Positions 43,831 through 51,245 are shown, numbered from the stretch's first letter. The stretch is 64,000 nucleotides of DNA from an uncultured Clostridium sp. (GCA_964427175.1 CAYRTP010000001.1:7836-71835), one strand, 5' to 3'. Notes: generated from the letters alone by a model not told the origin. Numbers and translations are program-made.

Positions 43831-44415
43831 ATGGATATTGTTTCTTTTGTGATGGGACTCCAGAAGGGTAAGGCAAGCGCGCCCGAGATGCAGGAAAAGA
43901 CCGTTAAGATCACTGAAAACGGCACCACGGAAGTCCTGCCCGATGATGGGTGCGCTCTTTCGAAGGTAACGGTCGATGTGAGTATTGTGAGTAGTGGTGG
44001 GAAAAGTTACTCATACAAACGGGATTCTGCAAGCAGTATCGATTCCGAATGGTCGCTTAGCAATGGAGTGCTTACATATAAGCATAATCTGGGTGTTGTT
44101 CCCGATTTTCTTTTCTTTGGGTTGGCTGAACCTGTCACTACTACGGGGAATACCTATCTGCTCAACGCATATGGTTTCAATGATGCCATGCTTGAAGCAC
44201 TTGGTGGGGGGTATATTTGTATGGCAAATTTGGTTTATGCGTCGGGAGGAGTCGGCGGATTTGGAAGCAATGTGGGAATCGAACACGATGCGATTGATAG
44301 TCTTCGAGGTCAAAATTTGCGGAATGTGACTGCTACTACTTTTACGGTCGGTTCGTCTACGTACCCCATAATGGACAAGACTTATATGTGGATTGCATTA
44401 TACGGTATTACATAA
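43831..44415 (+). CDS. Putative distal fibre / receptor-binding protein
   Basis: 194 aa. N-terminal KTVKITENGTTEVLPDDGCALSKVTVDV segment, common in Firmicutes phage fibre proteins. Lower GC. Confidence 0.55.
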   Translation: MDIVSFVMGLQKGKASAPEMQEKTVKITENGTTEVLPDDGCALSKVTVDVSIVSSGGKSYSYKRDSASSIDSEWSLSNGVLTYKHNLGVVPDFLFFGLAEPVTTTGNTYLLNAYGFNDAMLEALGGGYICMANLVYASGGVGGFGSNVGIEHDAIDSLRGQNLRNVTATTFTVGSSTYPIMDKTYMWIALYGIT

Positions 44416-44476
44416 CCACCCGGCCCCACTCCAACAGGGGGGGACAACAGACAAAGACAAAAGGAGATGAGGCACC

Positions 44477-44563
44477 TTGAAAAAGGTATTCATCGGAGCG
44501 GGACACGGCGGCCCTGACAGCGGGGCCGTCGCCCGCGATAAGAAGAAAGGAGAGATAGAGTGA
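44477..44563 (+). pseudogene. 28-codon N-terminal stub of an Amidase_3-type endolysin
   Basis: (TTG)KKVFIGAGHGGPDSGAVARDKKKGEIE-stop, preceded by AAAGGAG. The rest of the amidase is absent from the window. Confidence 0.55.
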
Positions 44564-44970
44564 AGATTCATCTTTTTTTAGACCATACCGCCCTCCTGCA
44601 GGACGACGGGAAGAAAACCATCACCATTCTCCCCGCCGCCGCGGGCACCCTGGAGATCGAGGGCCGCCGCCTGGCGGTGGAGAACGGGACGGTATTCCAC
44701 CCCATGCGCGATCTCATCGGCCAGGCGCGGGTGGCCTTTACCACCAAAAGCGGCGCGCGGTACGTGGCGGTGCGGCCCTACATGGCTGACGGGATCCCCG
44801 TCTCCCGGGTCGATTACGCCGCCGCATACGCCGACGTGAGAACCCACGTGGACGACCTGGAGCGGCAGGTGGAAAAACTGACAGAGGGCTACCACAAGCT
44901 GAGCACCGACACAAAACACGACGCTTTAGGGTTTCTGACCCACAACACGAGAAAACAGGAGGTAGATTGA
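44560..44970 (+). CDS. Hypothetical protein
   Basis: 136 aa. The GTG start overlaps the stub stop (GTGA). RBS AAAGGAGAG. Confidence 0.55.
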   Translation: MKIHLFLDHTALLQDDGKKTITILPAAAGTLEIEGRRLAVENGTVFHPMRDLIGQARVAFTTKSGARYVAVRPYMADGIPVSRVDYAAAYADVRTHVDDLERQVEKLTEGYHKLSTDTKHDALGFLTHNTRKQEVD

Positions 44971-44971
44971 C

Positions 44972-45913
44972 ATGAAAAATGTCATGACAAAAGTCATTAT
45001 TTTCACGCTGGCCGTGCTGATGATCACGGCGGCCGTTGCCCTCCCCGCCTTTGCGGAGGAGGTTGGCACCGAGGCAATTACCGAGGAAATCTCGGAAGTT
45101 GCGGCCGAAACCGAGGAAATCTCGGATACTGCGGCTGATTTGACCGAAACCGAAAAATCGGCCGAAAAAACGACCGATGCCGACACTTTTCCCAACGAAC
45201 AAACGGAATATGTGACCGACACGAACGTCGGCAGCACCGAGCCCGCCGAAACCGAAACGGCCATCCCCTTTGACCAGTGGCTATACGACGCGATCAAGCA
45301 AGCCACCCCCGAGCAGGTGGAGATGATCGAGGAGATCGTCATGGGCGGCCTTAACGCCCTGGACAAGCTGGGGATCAAGGGCTTTGACCGCGTCCGCATC
45401 TGGGTGGAATACAACACGGCCACGGTCATGGTCATCGCCCTTGCGGTGGCGTTGGTGCTGTTTTTCATCGGGTCGATTCTCCAGAAAAAAGGCTTTGCCA
45501 AGAAGGCAGATCTGCTGAACTCGAACGCCATTGAGATGTACAACGAGGGCCAGGCCATGGCGGAGGAGGCGCACAAGAGTTGCAAGGCATACGCCGACCG
45601 AGCCGACCGCGTATGCCGTGAGTGCGCCGAGGCGGCACAGGCCGCGGCGGAGAGTGCCAAGGCGGCCAACGGGCAGGTAAGCGAGGAGCGGGCTCTGCTC
45701 ATCGCCGAGCTGGACAAGTCCGCCCGCGTAAACCAGGCCATGTGCGAGACCGTGGATTTCCTTCTGCAGTGCTCCGATCTCTCCCAGGCCAAGCGGGACG
45801 AGGCCCACGCCATCTACCAGCGGGGCGTGGATGCTCTGCGCGGCTACATCGAGGATCTCCCGGAGGAGCTCTCCAAGGAGGTGATGGCCGATGAAAACAA
45901 CGACCAAGCGTAA
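44972..45913 (+). CDS. Secreted/membrane protein with acidic repeat region and coiled coil
   Basis: 313 aa. Signal peptide (..ALPAFAEE), an E/T-rich region, a central TM helix and a C-terminal helical domain. Confidence 0.6.
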   Translation: MKNVMTKVIIFTLAVLMITAAVALPAFAEEVGTEAITEEISEVAAETEEISDTAADLTETEKSAEKTTDADTFPNEQTEYVTDTNVGSTEPAETETAIPFDQWLYDAIKQATPEQVEMIEEIVMGGLNALDKLGIKGFDRVRIWVEYNTATVMVIALAVALVLFFIGSILQKKGFAKKADLLNSNAIEMYNEGQAMAEEAHKSCKAYADRADRVCRECAEAAQAAAESAKAANGQVSEERALLIAELDKSARVNQAMCETVDFLLQCSDLSQAKRDEAHAIYQRGVDALRGYIEDLPEELSKEVMADENNDQA

Positions 45914-46343
45914 GCTGGGCGCGGTCGGTCTGCGGACGCTGGGTGTAGGCTCGGCGGTGGGGATCCCTGTGGGTGTGGTCCTCCAAAAGTTTCCCCTGTG
46001 GGGCCCCGATCGGGTGGTGGACGGCAAGACCCTGGGCGTGGGCGGTGCCATGGCTTTGCTCATCGTGCTCCTGGGCTTCCGCCGTCAGCTCTGGCCCATT
46101 ATCAAGACCAAGCTGCACATTACCGCCATCGGCGCGCTGATCTTCTGGGGGCTGGCCTTTGGCCTGCTCCTGGGGATCGAACGGCTGGTGCCTCTGCTCC
46201 CCGACCTGCGGACCGTCTGCATCGCGGGGCTGACGGGTACGGCACTGGGCCAGGGATTCGACACTGCGGCGGGGTTCGTGGATCCCGCCAAGGGAGAGAA
46301 TGCCCGTAACGGGCAGGAAAAGGAGGTAGCAAAGGATGCTTGA
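45891..46343 (+). CDS. Polytopic membrane protein (holin-like by position)
   Basis: 150 aa with 3-4 TM helices. RBS AAGGAGG. Confidence 0.5.
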   Translation: MKTTTKRKLGAVGLRTLGVGSAVGIPVGVVLQKFPLWGPDRVVDGKTLGVGGAMALLIVLLGFRRQLWPIIKTKLHITAIGALIFWGLAFGLLLGIERLVPLLPDLRTVCIAGLTGTALGQGFDTAAGFVDPAKGENARNGQEKEVAKDA

Positions 46344-47400
46344 GAGAGAGCCTACGCGGATTGAGATGATGCAGGAGCGGCAGAAGCTTAGAAACGACAA
46401 ATCCAAATATTGGGCGGCGGTCATCGGACAGAATATGTCCCTTGCGGTCTGTCTTATGATCCCCGCGTTCCTGATCACCCTGATCTGGACCGAGACCACC
46501 CTGCCCAAGCTGGGGGCATCCCTGGGCATGGAGACCCTGCTGACCGCCGCGCTGTTCATCTTTGCCGAGTGGGCGGCCATCAACGTGGGCATCCCCTCGG
46601 GCAAGCTGGATGACGGGTACATAGCTATCCAAAAGACCTTCCAGGCGCGCAAGGCCGAGATCAAGGCGCGGGGGATCCTCAAGATGGACGTGTTCTGCGA
46701 CTGGCAGATCGACGAGGAGCTTACAGCGGCAAAAAAAGCCATGTGCCGTAAGCTCAAGATCGATTGGCAGACCTACCGAGCCGAGATGGCACCGCTGACC
46801 GAGGAGGAGCTGATCGACAAGTACGGCAAGGTTCGGGGCCGCATGATCCACCGCATCAACGCGCTGGAGCCCATCGAGCTGACCCCCGAGCTGATCCTGG
46901 GGGAGCAACAGGACGGCCTGCGGGGCGGCATCAGCATCGGCGGCGAGGAGTACGTGGCCAAACAAAAGTATGGCAAGCTCAACCTGCTCAAGTCTGTGCT
47001 GACCATCGTGCTGACGGTGGGTATTGGGTTCACCTTCGCGCCCGGCGTGAGTTGGGGCAAGATCGTGTTTACCATCTATCGGCTGATTGCGGTTTTCATC
47101 CGCATGAAGACCGGCTTTGACAAGGGAGCCAAAGCCTACAACAAAATTGAGGTCAAGCACCGAGAGTCGCAGATCTACTACATGGACCGGTATGAGGAGT
47201 TTTTAGGTACGCCGGGGCTTTATGAGGTTGCGGCGGAGAGGTATGGGACCACGCTGATCCCCACAATACCCACAAACAAGGAGGCCGCCCATGAAGCTAA
47301 GACTCAATATGTTGACCGAGCAGGAGGCGCAGATGATCAGCCAGCGCGCGGACCTGACCCCGGAGCAGGGCTGCCTGTTAGCACTACTCCTGCGGGATGA
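46336..47400 (+). CDS. Membrane protein (354 aa)
   Basis: Two TM pairs flank a soluble domain. The last ~110 nt overlap the next gene. The 3' tail looks low-complexity. Confidence 0.55.
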   Translation: MLEREPTRIEMMQERQKLRNDKSKYWAAVIGQNMSLAVCLMIPAFLITLIWTETTLPKLGASLGMETLLTAALFIFAEWAAINVGIPSGKLDDGYIAIQKTFQARKAEIKARGILKMDVFCDWQIDEELTAAKKAMCRKLKIDWQTYRAEMAPLTEEELIDKYGKVRGRMIHRINALEPIELTPELILGEQQDGLRGGISIGGEEYVAKQKYGKLNLLKSVLTIVLTVGIGFTFAPGVSWGKIVFTIYRLIAVFIRMKTGFDKGAKAYNKIEVKHRESQIYYMDRYEEFLGTPGLYEVAAERYGTTLIPTIPTNKEAAHEAKTQYVDRAGGADDQPARGPDPGAGLPVSTTPAG

Positions 47401-47521
47401 CGTAAACGATATCGGTGCAATGCAGATCTTACATATGAGCACGGCGCAATATTACAATCTCAAAAGCGGGCTGACGCTCAAAATACTGCATGTGCTCTTT
47501 GAGGATGCGTTGAATCTATAA
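47291..47521 (+). CDS. Small sigma-70 region-4-like HTH protein
   Basis: 76 aa. RBS AAGGAGG. LTEQEAQMISQR...DIGAMQILHMSTAQYYNLKSG. Confidence 0.55.
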   Translation: MKLRLNMLTEQEAQMISQRADLTPEQGCLLALLLRDDVNDIGAMQILHMSTAQYYNLKSGLTLKILHVLFEDALNL

Positions 47522-47524
47522 ACC

Positions 47525-47565
47525 AAAAAGCCGAAGGAAATCGAAAGGTTTTCCTTCGGCTTTTG
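47525..47565 (+). terminator. Rho-independent terminator
   Basis: AGCCGAAGGAAA / TTTCCTTCGGCT stem followed by TTTTG. Confidence 0.75.
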
Positions 47566-47603
47566 CTGTATAATCCAAAACACAAACAAAAGGAGGACGA
47601 GTT

Positions 47604-47984
47604 ATGGTAAATAACTACCAAATGGGCGGCCTGGTCCTGCCCGGCATGCAACCCTGGGGGGCGGGATATAACACCCAAATGCCCCAACAGCAGACCCAAC
47701 CCCAGCCGCAGGTAAACACCAACAAGGTCTACGTGACAGACGGCAACGATGCCATGACCCGCATGGCCCCGTATAACTCCATCATCCTCTACGTCCAGCA
47801 GGACGAGACCATGATCCACGAGGTCTGGACCGACGGCCAGGGCCGCAAGCAGATTCGCTCGCGCGCGCTCACCGAGCCCGCACAACCCCAGGAGGCAAAC
47901 CGCGAGGACGTAGTCAGCCGTAGGGAGTTCGACGACCTCAAGGCCCTGGTGGAGAAGCTCAAGGCGGAGGTGGACCATGAATAA
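47604..47984 (+). CDS. Hypothetical Q/P-rich protein
   Basis: 126 aa. RBS AAAGGAGG. N-terminal QMPQQQTQPQPQ. Confidence 0.55.
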   Translation: MVNNYQMGGLVLPGMQPWGAGYNTQMPQQQTQPQPQVNTNKVYVTDGNDAMTRMAPYNSIILYVQQDETMIHEVWTDGQGRKQIRSRALTEPAQPQEANREDVVSRREFDDLKALVEKLKAEVDHE

Positions 47985-48213
47985 CAACCCGTTTGCCCAG
48001 CAGCTGATGACCATGATGAGCCAAGGTGGAGGGAATCCCCAGGCTTATGTCCAACAGTTGCTCAAAAGCAATCCGCAATTTGCCCAGCAGTTGCAGGGAA
48101 AAAATGTCCAGCAAATGGCGGCCCAGGCTCTGCAACAGATGGGCATAAATCCCCAGCAGTTCTTCCAAAATCCCCAGCAATTTCTGGGGATGATGATGCA
48201 GAACCGCAGATAG
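47977..48213 (+). CDS. Hypothetical Q-rich protein with NPQ repeats
   Basis: 78 aa. 21 Gln by my count. NPQAY/NPQFA/NPQQF/NPQQF. Confidence 0.5.
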   Translation: MNNNPFAQQLMTMMSQGGGNPQAYVQQLLKSNPQFAQQLQGKNVQQMAAQALQQMGINPQQFFQNPQQFLGMMMQNRR

Positions 48214-48270
48214 GTATAAACTCCGCGCTCACACGGGGTAGATATAAATATTACTATGGAGGTATAAAGT

Positions 48271-49053
48271 ATGAACGAAAATGGTTTTACCGAAGGCTTT
48301 GCAGTAGGTCAGGGAATGGCCAACAATAACTGCTGTATGCCTTACGCAGGCGGCTTCGGCGGCTTTGGCGGTTGGGGCGGCGATTGGCTCGCCATCATCG
48401 TGCTGGCGGCTCTGTTCGGCGGCGGATACGGCTTCGGCGGTTTCGGTGGCGGCATCGGCGGCGGCTACAACGGCGGTGTGTTTGGTGAGGTCCAGCGCGG
48501 TTTTGACACCCAGGGCATCAACAACAAGCTCAACGGCATCGAGAACGGCCTGTGCGACGGCTTCTACGCGCAGAACACCAACACCCTCAACGGTTTCTCT
48601 GGTGTGCAGAACACCCTTTGCCAGGGCTTTGCCGGGGTGAACGCCACCGTCAACACCGTGGGTAACAACATCACCCAGGGCATCTGCAATCTGGGCTATA
48701 ACGTCCAGGGCGGATTTAACGAGATCGGCCATCAGATCAGCGACAGTTGCTGCCAGACTCAGCGCGCCATCGACGGCGTGAACTACAACCTGGCAACCCA
48801 GTCTTGCGAGACTCGCCGCGCAATCGAGGACAGCACCAACCGAGTGCTGGGCTTCCTGACCGATCAGAAGCTCGATGCTCTGCGTGCAGAGAACGCCGCA
48901 CTGACTGCCCAGCTGTCCAACAATGCACAGACCGAGCGGATCATCAACCGCCTGTCGCCCTGCCCCATCCCCGCATATCCCGCTTGCCCTCCCGCAGGCG
49001 CGTATAACTGGGGCGCATGGGGCGGCAATAACAACTGCTCCTGCGGCTGCTGA
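48271..49053 (+). CDS. Gly/Cys/Asn-rich membrane-anchored protein
   Basis: 260 aa. GGFGGFGGWGG, then TM (WLAIIVLAALFGG), then GYGFGGFGGGIGGG. N/Q/G repeats with spaced Cys. C-terminus NNNCSCGC. Confidence 0.6.
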   Translation: MNENGFTEGFAVGQGMANNNCCMPYAGGFGGFGGWGGDWLAIIVLAALFGGGYGFGGFGGGIGGGYNGGVFGEVQRGFDTQGINNKLNGIENGLCDGFYAQNTNTLNGFSGVQNTLCQGFAGVNATVNTVGNNITQGICNLGYNVQGGFNEIGHQISDSCCQTQRAIDGVNYNLATQSCETRRAIEDSTNRVLGFLTDQKLDALRAENAALTAQLSNNAQTERIINRLSPCPIPAYPACPPAGAYNWGAWGGNNNCSCGC

Positions 49054-49076
49054 TCAGTAGCAGAAAGGAGACAGTT

Positions 49077-49487
49077 ATGAGTTGTTGCAAAACCAAAAAG
49101 CTCTGCCAAAACACGGTCGTCTCCTCCTCTGTTACGGTTGTCGCTGTCGGTGGCGTGCAGACCCTGGTCATTGACACCCCGGCTAACGTGTACCGGGATG
49201 GGGAGTGCCTGGAGCTCATTGTGGCCCAGGAGATCCCCGAGGCCGCCACCATCTCCATGCCCGTGGCATTGGGGATTGGCGGCGTGACCGATCCCGTGTA
49301 CCCGCTGGTGCGTTGTGGATGTCAGCCCGTGACCGCCTGCGCCATCCGCGAGAGAGGCATCTACAAGCTGGTGGTTCGCACCACGGCCACCGGTGCCAAT
49401 CTCCGCGTGATGAGCGGGCTGGCCTGCTCGCCCGTCAACAATCTGCGCACCATCCCTGCGGCGGCTGATGCCGATGCAGGGGCATAA
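49077..49487 (+). CDS. Hypothetical Cys-containing protein
   Basis: 136 aa starting MSCCKTKKLC. Confidence 0.55.
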   Translation: MSCCKTKKLCQNTVVSSSVTVVAVGGVQTLVIDTPANVYRDGECLELIVAQEIPEAATISMPVALGIGGVTDPVYPLVRCGCQPVTACAIRERGIYKLVVRTTATGANLRVMSGLACSPVNNLRTIPAAADADAGA

Positions 49488-49499
49488 GGAGGTAACGAT

Positions 49500-50153
49500 A
49501 TGACCGATATGGCAAAACGTATGCTCCGTGATCGCATCATGGAGCGCAACCGCGGCGATGGCTACGGCGACAGCCGCATGAGGGACCGTGCCATGGACCG
49601 CATGGACCGTGGCCGCCACGAGTACGAGCCCGACTACCGCCGACGCGGCGCAAACGGTCGATATATGCGCGACCGAGCCGACGAACGGTACGACGGACGC
49701 AGACACGAGGAGCCCTATGAGGAGCGGTACAACGAGGATCACCGATACAGAGCAGACTATGGCCGAGACTACGAGCGGGACCGCCGCGACTATGATGATG
49801 ACCATACCAAGCTCAAGCTCCCCAAGGAGGACATGAAGCGTTGGGGCGAGATGCTCAAAAACGCCGATGGCTCCGAGGGTATGCATTTTGACAAGCGAAT
49901 GCTCAAGGATCGGATCCGCAAGATGCAGCCCGACATGGACGGGTACACCGAGGACGACATCTGCATGGCCGCGAATATGCTCTATTCCGACTACTGCGAA
50001 GTAATCGGCCCCTACATCTCCCGCGAGCCCGAAAAGGAGGCAGACTTCTACCTCAAGATGGCTAAGGCCTTCCTGGAGGACGAGGACGCGCCCGACGGCT
50101 CCGCCAAGCTGGCGATGTATTTCTTCTGCATCGCGGACAGCGAGGAGGACTGA
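49500..50153 (+). CDS. Hypothetical R/D/Y/E-rich protein
   Basis: 217 aa. The N-terminal ~100 aa are almost only R, D, Y, E, M and G. Globular-looking C-terminus. Confidence 0.55.
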   Translation: MTDMAKRMLRDRIMERNRGDGYGDSRMRDRAMDRMDRGRHEYEPDYRRRGANGRYMRDRADERYDGRRHEEPYEERYNEDHRYRADYGRDYERDRRDYDDDHTKLKLPKEDMKRWGEMLKNADGSEGMHFDKRMLKDRIRKMQPDMDGYTEDDICMAANMLYSDYCEVIGPYISREPEKEADFYLKMAKAFLEDEDAPDGSAKLAMYFFCIADSEED

Positions 50154-50158
50154 TCGCC

Positions 50159-50524
50159 GTGTGGCGATACTACAACCGCAACCCGGACAAGCGTGAGGAG
50201 GAGGACTGCGTGTGCCGAGCGATCAGCACCGCCCTCGGAATCACCTATAGGGCCGCCGAGGGACTGCTTGACCTGTCGGCAAATGCAGAGCGTTGTGAGC
50301 CACTCTGCGTATGCTGCTACCACCACCTGCTGGAGGACGGTTTTGGGCTTGAGGTAAAATACTGTAATTTCAAGCGGACCGTGGCCGAGGTCGCCAAGCG
50401 GCACCGAGACCAAAAGGTAATCATCCGCGTTGAGGGTCATTTAACCTGCGCGATCTTCGGCGATGTCCTGGATATCTGGGACTGCACCGACGAGCTGGTT
50501 GATTGCTACTGGGTTGCGATGTAA
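50159..50524 (+). CDS. Small putative papain-like Cys/His protein
   Basis: 121 aa with a GTG start. NPDKREEEDCVCRAIS (candidate Cys) and GHLTCAIFGDVLDIWDC (candidate His/Asp). Confidence 0.55.
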   Translation: MWRYYNRNPDKREEEDCVCRAISTALGITYRAAEGLLDLSANAERCEPLCVCCYHHLLEDGFGLEVKYCNFKRTVAEVAKRHRDQKVIIRVEGHLTCAIFGDVLDIWDCTDELVDCYWVAM

Positions 50525-50526
50525 AA

Positions 50527-50562
50527 AGAACCCGCCGCCAAAATGGCGGCGGGTTGCTTTTT
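50527..50562 (+). terminator. Rho-independent terminator at the prophage right end
   Basis: AACCCGCCGCC / GGCGGCGGGTT stem followed by GCTTTTTT. Confidence 0.75.
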
Positions 50563-50705
50563 TATCTTGCATTTCATCTTGCATAAGAGTTTTTATAGGC
50601 GTATTTTTTCTCCGCCTACGCGGAGAAAAATACTTTGAGGCGAAAACTAAAAAACATTGATGCACAACAGAAAAATCAAAAAGCCTTGAATATCAAGGCT
50701 TTTTG

Positions 50706-50734
50706 TTTTGGAGCGAGTAACGGGAATCGAACCC
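50706..50734. repeat. attR core (within the intact tRNA-Gly)
   Basis: Identical 29-mer to 6725-6753. Confidence 0.85.
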
Positions 50735-50782
50735 GCATAGCCAGCTTGGGAAGCTGGAGTTTTACCATTAGACTATACCCGC
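50709..50782 (-). tRNA. tRNA-Gly: tRNA-Gly (anticodon CCC)
   Basis: 74-nt cloverleaf folded by hand. Acceptor GCGGGTA/TACTCGC. Anticodon arm CCAGC-TTCCCAA-GCTGG. T-arm GCGGG-TTCGATT-CCCGT. CCA is encoded. Confidence 0.9.
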
Positions 50783-50792
50783 GAACGCATAT

Positions 50793-50821
50793 ATTATATA
50801 CCATTCCTTTGGATTTGTCAA
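50793..50821 (-). promoter_or_regulatory. Consensus promoter of the tRNA gene
   Basis: Minus strand: TTGACA (50821-50816), 17 nt, TATAAT (50798-50793), about 10 nt upstream of the tRNA 5' end. Confidence 0.65.
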
Positions 50822-50968
50822 GGGGTATTTCCAAAATTTTTCCGAGAACTCTCCGACATCCCCCGACAAAAATTTTTCCCCCGCCTGCACCTTCGGCAGA
50901 TTTCCGCATATTCTGATAATGGAGACGGGTTCCAACCCCTCCTACTTCATATTTTACGGAGGTTCACT

Positions 50969-51064
50969 ATGAACAACTGTCTGTGCAACGTATTCGACAA
51001 CAACAACTGGATCTGGATCATCCTCATCGTCCTGCTGTTCCTCTGCTGCTGCGGCGGTTGCTGA
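50969..51064 (+). CDS. 31-aa hydrophobic Cys-rich peptide (not in the ORF track)
   Basis: MNNCLCNVFDNNNWIWIILIVLLFLCCCGGC. RBS ACGGAGG 6 nt upstream. A terminator follows. Confidence 0.5.
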   Translation: MNNCLCNVFDNNNWIWIILIVLLFLCCCGGC

Positions 51065-51106
51065 TCCCCCAAACCGCGTGCCTCTAAACACGCAAATTCT
51101 CTACAC

Positions 51107-51140
51107 GGCGGCTCGCAAAATGCGGGCCGCCGCTCTTTTT
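51107..51140 (+). terminator. Rho-independent terminator
   Basis: GGCGGCTCGCA / TGCGGGCCGCC stem followed by GCTCTTTTT. Confidence 0.6.
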
Positions 51141-51216
51141 GGATATTGTAGACAAATTCTGGCACCAAAACTTGGATAAGTTTTCTTCCGCTCCGCGAAA
51201 AATCCCTGTCAAACCA

Positions 51217-51245
51217 TTGCGTTTTTTTCAAAAACGTGGTATAAT
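51217..51245 (+). promoter_or_regulatory. Promoter of the DUF554-like gene
   Basis: TTGCGT, 17 nt, TATAAT (51240-51245). Confidence 0.5.

Larger units (their letters stand above)
6725..50734. mobile_element. Integrated temperate prophage (about 44 kb) in tRNA-Gly(CCC)
   Basis: 29-nt direct repeats at both ends. Contains integrase, CI repressor, terminase, portal, capsid and fibre genes. Host-type genes lie outside the repeats. Confidence 0.9.

Noticed and set aside
44926-47160. Several 260-350-aa minus-strand ORFs opposite the membrane-protein block
   Set aside because: They are Ala/Arg/Ser/Pro-rich shadow frames. The + strand genes have strong RBSs and coherent TM topology.
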